From positions 672,001-736,000 of the forward strand of contig CAXXKA010000008.1 in NCBI GenBank assembly GCA_963668625.2: DNA of 64,000 nucleotides, read 5' to 3'. Below are positions 60,642 through 64,000 of the stretch, piece by piece (within the stretch, counting starts at the first letter, position 1; each line of letters begins with the position of its first letter). Both the position numbers and the translations under genes were made by a program. Below the pieces are notes generated by a model. It was not told the DNA's origin and did not search any database. It worked only from the letters and a program-made list of their open reading frames with translations. The DNA is from an uncultured candidate division Zixibacteria bacterium (GTDB taxonomy: Bacteria; Zixibacteria; MSB-5A5; UBA10806; 4484-95).

Positions 60642-61892
60642 ATGAAAGTTACTGTTAACACCGAGCCTAATTGCAGACGGATTTTAGATATCGAAGTACC
60701 TAACGAGGAAATCTCAGTCGAGATGGATCGCCTGGTGATGGAATACCGGGCCAAAGCCTCCATCCCCGGTTTCCGCAAAGGTAAAGCGCCCGTTGATGTC
60801 GTCCGGAAAAGATACATTGACAGCATCAAGATGGATGCTATGGAAAATCTGGTAAACAAAGCCTACGAGGAGGCGCTCGATCAGGAGAAAATCCACGCTA
60901 TCGAACAGCCGAAACTCTCCAATATCCAGTTTGAGGATGAAAAACCGCTAAGTTTCCGCGCCGAGGTTGAGGTGCTGCCGGAGTTCACGGTAGAGGGCTA
61001 TAAAGGTCTTAAAGCCGAGAAGAAAGTCAAGGAGACTACGGATAAAGATATTGATGACACGATCTCCCAGTTACAACGCCAGAACGCCGAATATCACCCG
61101 GTGGAACGCGCCTGTCATGGCGAGGACCTGGTCGTTGTCGACCTGGTCAAGAAATTCGACAAAATGGGCACTATCAAGGATGACAAGATGGATGGTGTCG
61201 AGGTCGATCTGGGCAGCGAGGGCGTGATAAAAGAGTTTCGCGATAGTCTTCGCGGCATGAGTATTGGCGAGATGAAGGATATCGAGATCAAGTATCCCGA
61301 TGATTATACTGAAAAACAATTGGCCGGCAACGAGGTAAAGTACACGGCGCTGGTTAAGGAAGTAAAAGAGATAAAACTCCCCGAGTTAAATGACGATTTC
61401 GCGAAAGATTTCACCCAGATTGAAACACTCGATAAGTTAAAAGAGCAAATCCGGGAAAATATCACCATGCAAAGCCAGATGGACGCCGAAAACGAGTTAA
61501 AGAGCGGTTTAATCACCCAAATAGTCGAAAAAAACCGTTTCGACGTACCCGAATCGATGGTGGACAGATATTTGAATGGTGTAACCGAAGATTTCAAGAA
61601 ACGTTATAAAGATGTCGATGAAGTAAAATTGAGGCAAAGTTATCGCCCGGTTGGCGAGGATACGATTCGTTGGCAGTTTATTTTCCGTAGAATTGCCGAT
61701 ATGGAGAATATGACGGTCACCGAGGAGGATCGCGCGGGTTGGGTGAAAGAGTTTGCCGCCAAGTACAACATGCCGGAGGACAAGGCTCGCGAGGCATTGG
61801 GCAAGGCCGGTAAATTTCAGGAGATCGATGAGAACCTTCTGGAGAGAAAAGTACTACAATTTATTATCGAGAATGCTGAAATCAGTCAATAA
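60642..61892 (+). CDS. tig: Trigger factor
   Basis: IPGFRKGKAP ribosome-binding motif, FKBP-like middle, LPELNDDFA; precedes clpP. Confidence 0.96.
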   Translation: MKVTVNTEPNCRRILDIEVPNEEISVEMDRLVMEYRAKASIPGFRKGKAPVDVVRKRYIDSIKMDAMENLVNKAYEEALDQEKIHAIEQPKLSNIQFEDEKPLSFRAEVEVLPEFTVEGYKGLKAEKKVKETTDKDIDDTISQLQRQNAEYHPVERACHGEDLVVVDLVKKFDKMGTIKDDKMDGVEVDLGSEGVIKEFRDSLRGMSIGEMKDIEIKYPDDYTEKQLAGNEVKYTALVKEVKEIKLPELNDDFAKDFTQIETLDKLKEQIRENITMQSQMDAENELKSGLITQIVEKNRFDVPESMVDRYLNGVTEDFKKRYKDVDEVKLRQSYRPVGEDTIRWQFIFRRIADMENMTVTEEDRAGWVKEFAAKYNMPEDKAREALGKAGKFQEIDENLLERKVLQFIIENAEISQ

Positions 61893-61904
61893 CAAGGAGA
61901 GGAA

Positions 61905-62510
61905 ATGGAAGATCTGAAAATGCAAACACTCGTTCCGATGGTGGTCGAACAAACCGGCCGTGGTGAACGCGCTTATGATATCTATTCACGTCTGCTAAAA
62001 GATAGAATCGTTTTCATCGGTACTCCCATTGATGACAATATCGCCAACCTGGTAGTGGCCCAGCTTCTGTTTTTGGACGCCGAGGATCCGGGTAAGGATA
62101 TTTTCCTGTATGTCAATTCACCGGGTGGTTCGGTTTCCGCAGGTTTAGCGATTTACGATACCATGCAGTTCATCAAATCGGATGTCAACACGACCTGTGT
62201 CGGTCTGGCCGCATCCATGGGCGCGGTGCTTCTTTGCGCCGGTGAAACCGGTAAAAGAGCCGCATTGAAAAATTCCAGAATCCTGATTCATCAACCTTTA
62301 GGCGGTTTCCGGGGGCAGGCCTCCGATATAGAGATTCATGCCAACGAGATTCTTTACACGAAGAAGCAGCTTATCGGTATAATAGCTCATCACACCGGGC
62401 AAACCGATGAGAAGATTCTTCATGATAGCGATCGTGATTATTTCATGTCGGCCGAAGAGGCCAAGGATTATGGCCTGGTCGATGAGGTATTCGAACGTCG
62501 ACCCAAGTAA
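61905..62510 (+). CDS. clpP: ATP-dependent Clp protease proteolytic subunit
   Basis: [36 protein letters not shown]. Confidence 0.98.
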   Translation: MEDLKMQTLVPMVVEQTGRGERAYDIYSRLLKDRIVFIGTPIDDNIANLVVAQLLFLDAEDPGKDIFLYVNSPGGSVSAGLAIYDTMQFIKSDVNTTCVGLAASMGAVLLCAGETGKRAALKNSRILIHQPLGGFRGQASDIEIHANEILYTKKQLIGIIAHHTGQTDEKILHDSDRDYFMSAEEAKDYGLVDEVFERRPK

Positions 62511-62536
62511 GATTTAACGGAGTTGTACTGTAGTAA

Positions 62537-63790
62537 ATGACAAAAGATAGAAGTAAGAATTCGCCGGGCAAAAAGCCTTTCAAAGATCGATGCAGCTTTT
62601 GCGGACGCACCTCCGATTCCGGAGTAAAACTGATCTCGGCGCCGCAAGCCTCGATCTGTTCGGATTGCATTAAGGTATGCTCCGACCTGGTAACAAAGCA
62701 GGGTTGGAGCGGGCCCAAATTCGATGTCCCCGTTCCTGAGGAGATCAAAGCCTTTCTCGATCAATATGTAATCGGCCAGGAGAATGCCAAGCGCACTCTC
62801 TCCGTGGCCGTTTATAACCATTATAAGCGTATTCTCAACCCGCCTGCCCGGGATGAGGTGGAACTCGATAAATCGAATATTTTACTGGTCGGACCTACCG
62901 GCACGGGTAAAACCCTGTTCGCCCAAACGCTGGCCAAGATGCTTAAAGTGCCATTTACGATCGCGGATGCCACCGTGTTGACCGAGGCCGGTTATGTTGG
63001 CGAGGATGTCGAAAACATACTGGTTCGCCTTCTGCAGGCAGCCAATTACGATGTCGAGGCGGCCCAACTCGGGATAATCTATATCGATGAGATCGATAAG
63101 ATCGCCCGGAAAAGCGGCAACCCAAGTATCACCCGTGATGTTTCCGGCGAGGGAGTACAGCAGGGTTTGTTGAAAATCCTCGAGGGCACGATCGCGGCGG
63201 TACCTCCCAAGGGAGGCCGAAAACATCCCGAACAGGATTTGATCAAGATCGATACCCGCAATATACTGTTTGTCTGCGGCGGTGCTTTTGACGGCCTGGA
63301 GAAAATCATCGCCCGACGTCTGGGGCGAAAGGTAGTCGGGTTCAAATCCGACTCCAAGGCGATCAAAAAGAAAATCGGCGATCTTCTGATAAACGTGCAG
63401 GATGAGGACTTGCTGCAATTCGGCCTGATCCCGGAGATAATCGGCCGTTTGCCCGTTATCTGTTCATTAGGTGAATTGGATGAGGATGCCCTGAGACAAA
63501 TCCTGACAGAGCCCAGGAACGCGCTTATCAAACAGTACAATCATAGTTTCAAGCTCGAGGGAATCGAGTTGGAGTTCGAGGATGGGGCTATCGAGGCTAT
63601 CGCCAAGAAGGCTATGAAACGCAACACCGGAGCCAGGTCCCTGCGTTCGATCATGGAAAACGCTATGCTCGATTTGATGTACGAGACGCCATCCAAAAAA
63701 GATTTAAAAAAGATAATTATCACCCGTGATTTTATCGAACTGGATTCCGAACCTCAGTATGTATATAAGAAAACCCGTAAACGAGCTTAG
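62537..63790 (+). CDS. clpX: ATP-dependent Clp protease ATP-binding subunit ClpX
   Basis: CSFCG...ICSDC zinc domain, [25 protein letters not shown] loop, GARSLR. Confidence 0.98.
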   Translation: MTKDRSKNSPGKKPFKDRCSFCGRTSDSGVKLISAPQASICSDCIKVCSDLVTKQGWSGPKFDVPVPEEIKAFLDQYVIGQENAKRTLSVAVYNHYKRILNPPARDEVELDKSNILLVGPTGTGKTLFAQTLAKMLKVPFTIADATVLTEAGYVGEDVENILVRLLQAANYDVEAAQLGIIYIDEIDKIARKSGNPSITRDVSGEGVQQGLLKILEGTIAAVPPKGGRKHPEQDLIKIDTRNILFVCGGAFDGLEKIIARRLGRKVVGFKSDSKAIKKKIGDLLINVQDEDLLQFGLIPEIIGRLPVICSLGELDEDALRQILTEPRNALIKQYNHSFKLEGIELEFEDGAIEAIAKKAMKRNTGARSLRSIMENAMLDLMYETPSKKDLKKIIITRDFIELDSEPQYVYKKTRKRA

Positions 63791-63842
63791 TATGATGACT
63801 GCCAACCTCAATATACTTCCCGGCCTGTAGGGGCCGTTTTTT

Positions 63843-64000
63843 ATGCAGTTCAATCAAGCAAAATACGTAGCCTCATACTTTGACTTTAATGATATACCCA
63901 AAACGGGTTATCCCGAGGTCGCTTTCGCGGGGCGTTCCAATGTCGGTAAATCCACGTTGATAAACAATATCCTCAATCGCAAGAAACTCGTGCAGGTATC
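63843..64000 (+). CDS. yihA: Ribosome biogenesis GTPase YihA/YsxC (5' part, runs off window)
   Basis: [11 protein letters not shown]...[18 protein letters not shown]; follows clpX. Confidence 0.9.
   Translation, partial: MQFNQAKYVASYFDFNDIPKTGYPEVAFAGRSNVGKSTLINNILNRKKLVQV

Overview
A 64-kb bacterial chromosomal window, probably from an FCB-superphylum lineage such as Zixibacteria. This is inferred from the YPNPFN-type C-terminal sorting domains, a gingipain-like C25 peptidase and the udg-dnaB-mreB order. Housekeeping blocks lie at both ends (udg-dnaB-mreB-tRNA-Lys; tRNA-Leu-tig-clpP-clpX-yihA), with tRNA-Asn inside. Between them is a patchwork of accessory genes, AT-rich islets, one intact IS4-family element with 9-bp target duplications, a MITE family sharing its ends, IS1182-type remnants and several REP-like palindrome families. 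No CRISPR array or rRNA was seen. Best candidates for undescribed systems: (1) a tightly coupled four-gene DUF6754-type membrane complex operon (22915-26344); (2) a CarH-type B12 photoreceptor whose 11-bp-periodic operator precedes a non-carotenoid DUF378/outer-membrane barrel/triple-DUF4397 operon; (3) an AT-rich SF2 helicase plus small Cys/His zinc-finger pair (candidate defence system); (4) a cassette-like array after tRNA-Lys with conserved non-coding ends, tRNA-fMet-like att fragments and diverged cargo genes; (5) a divergent PfkB-like kinase islet bounded by direct repeats; (6) a perfect sigma28-type promoter directly in front of tRNA-Asn. Family names come from motif recognition by eye, not from database searches.
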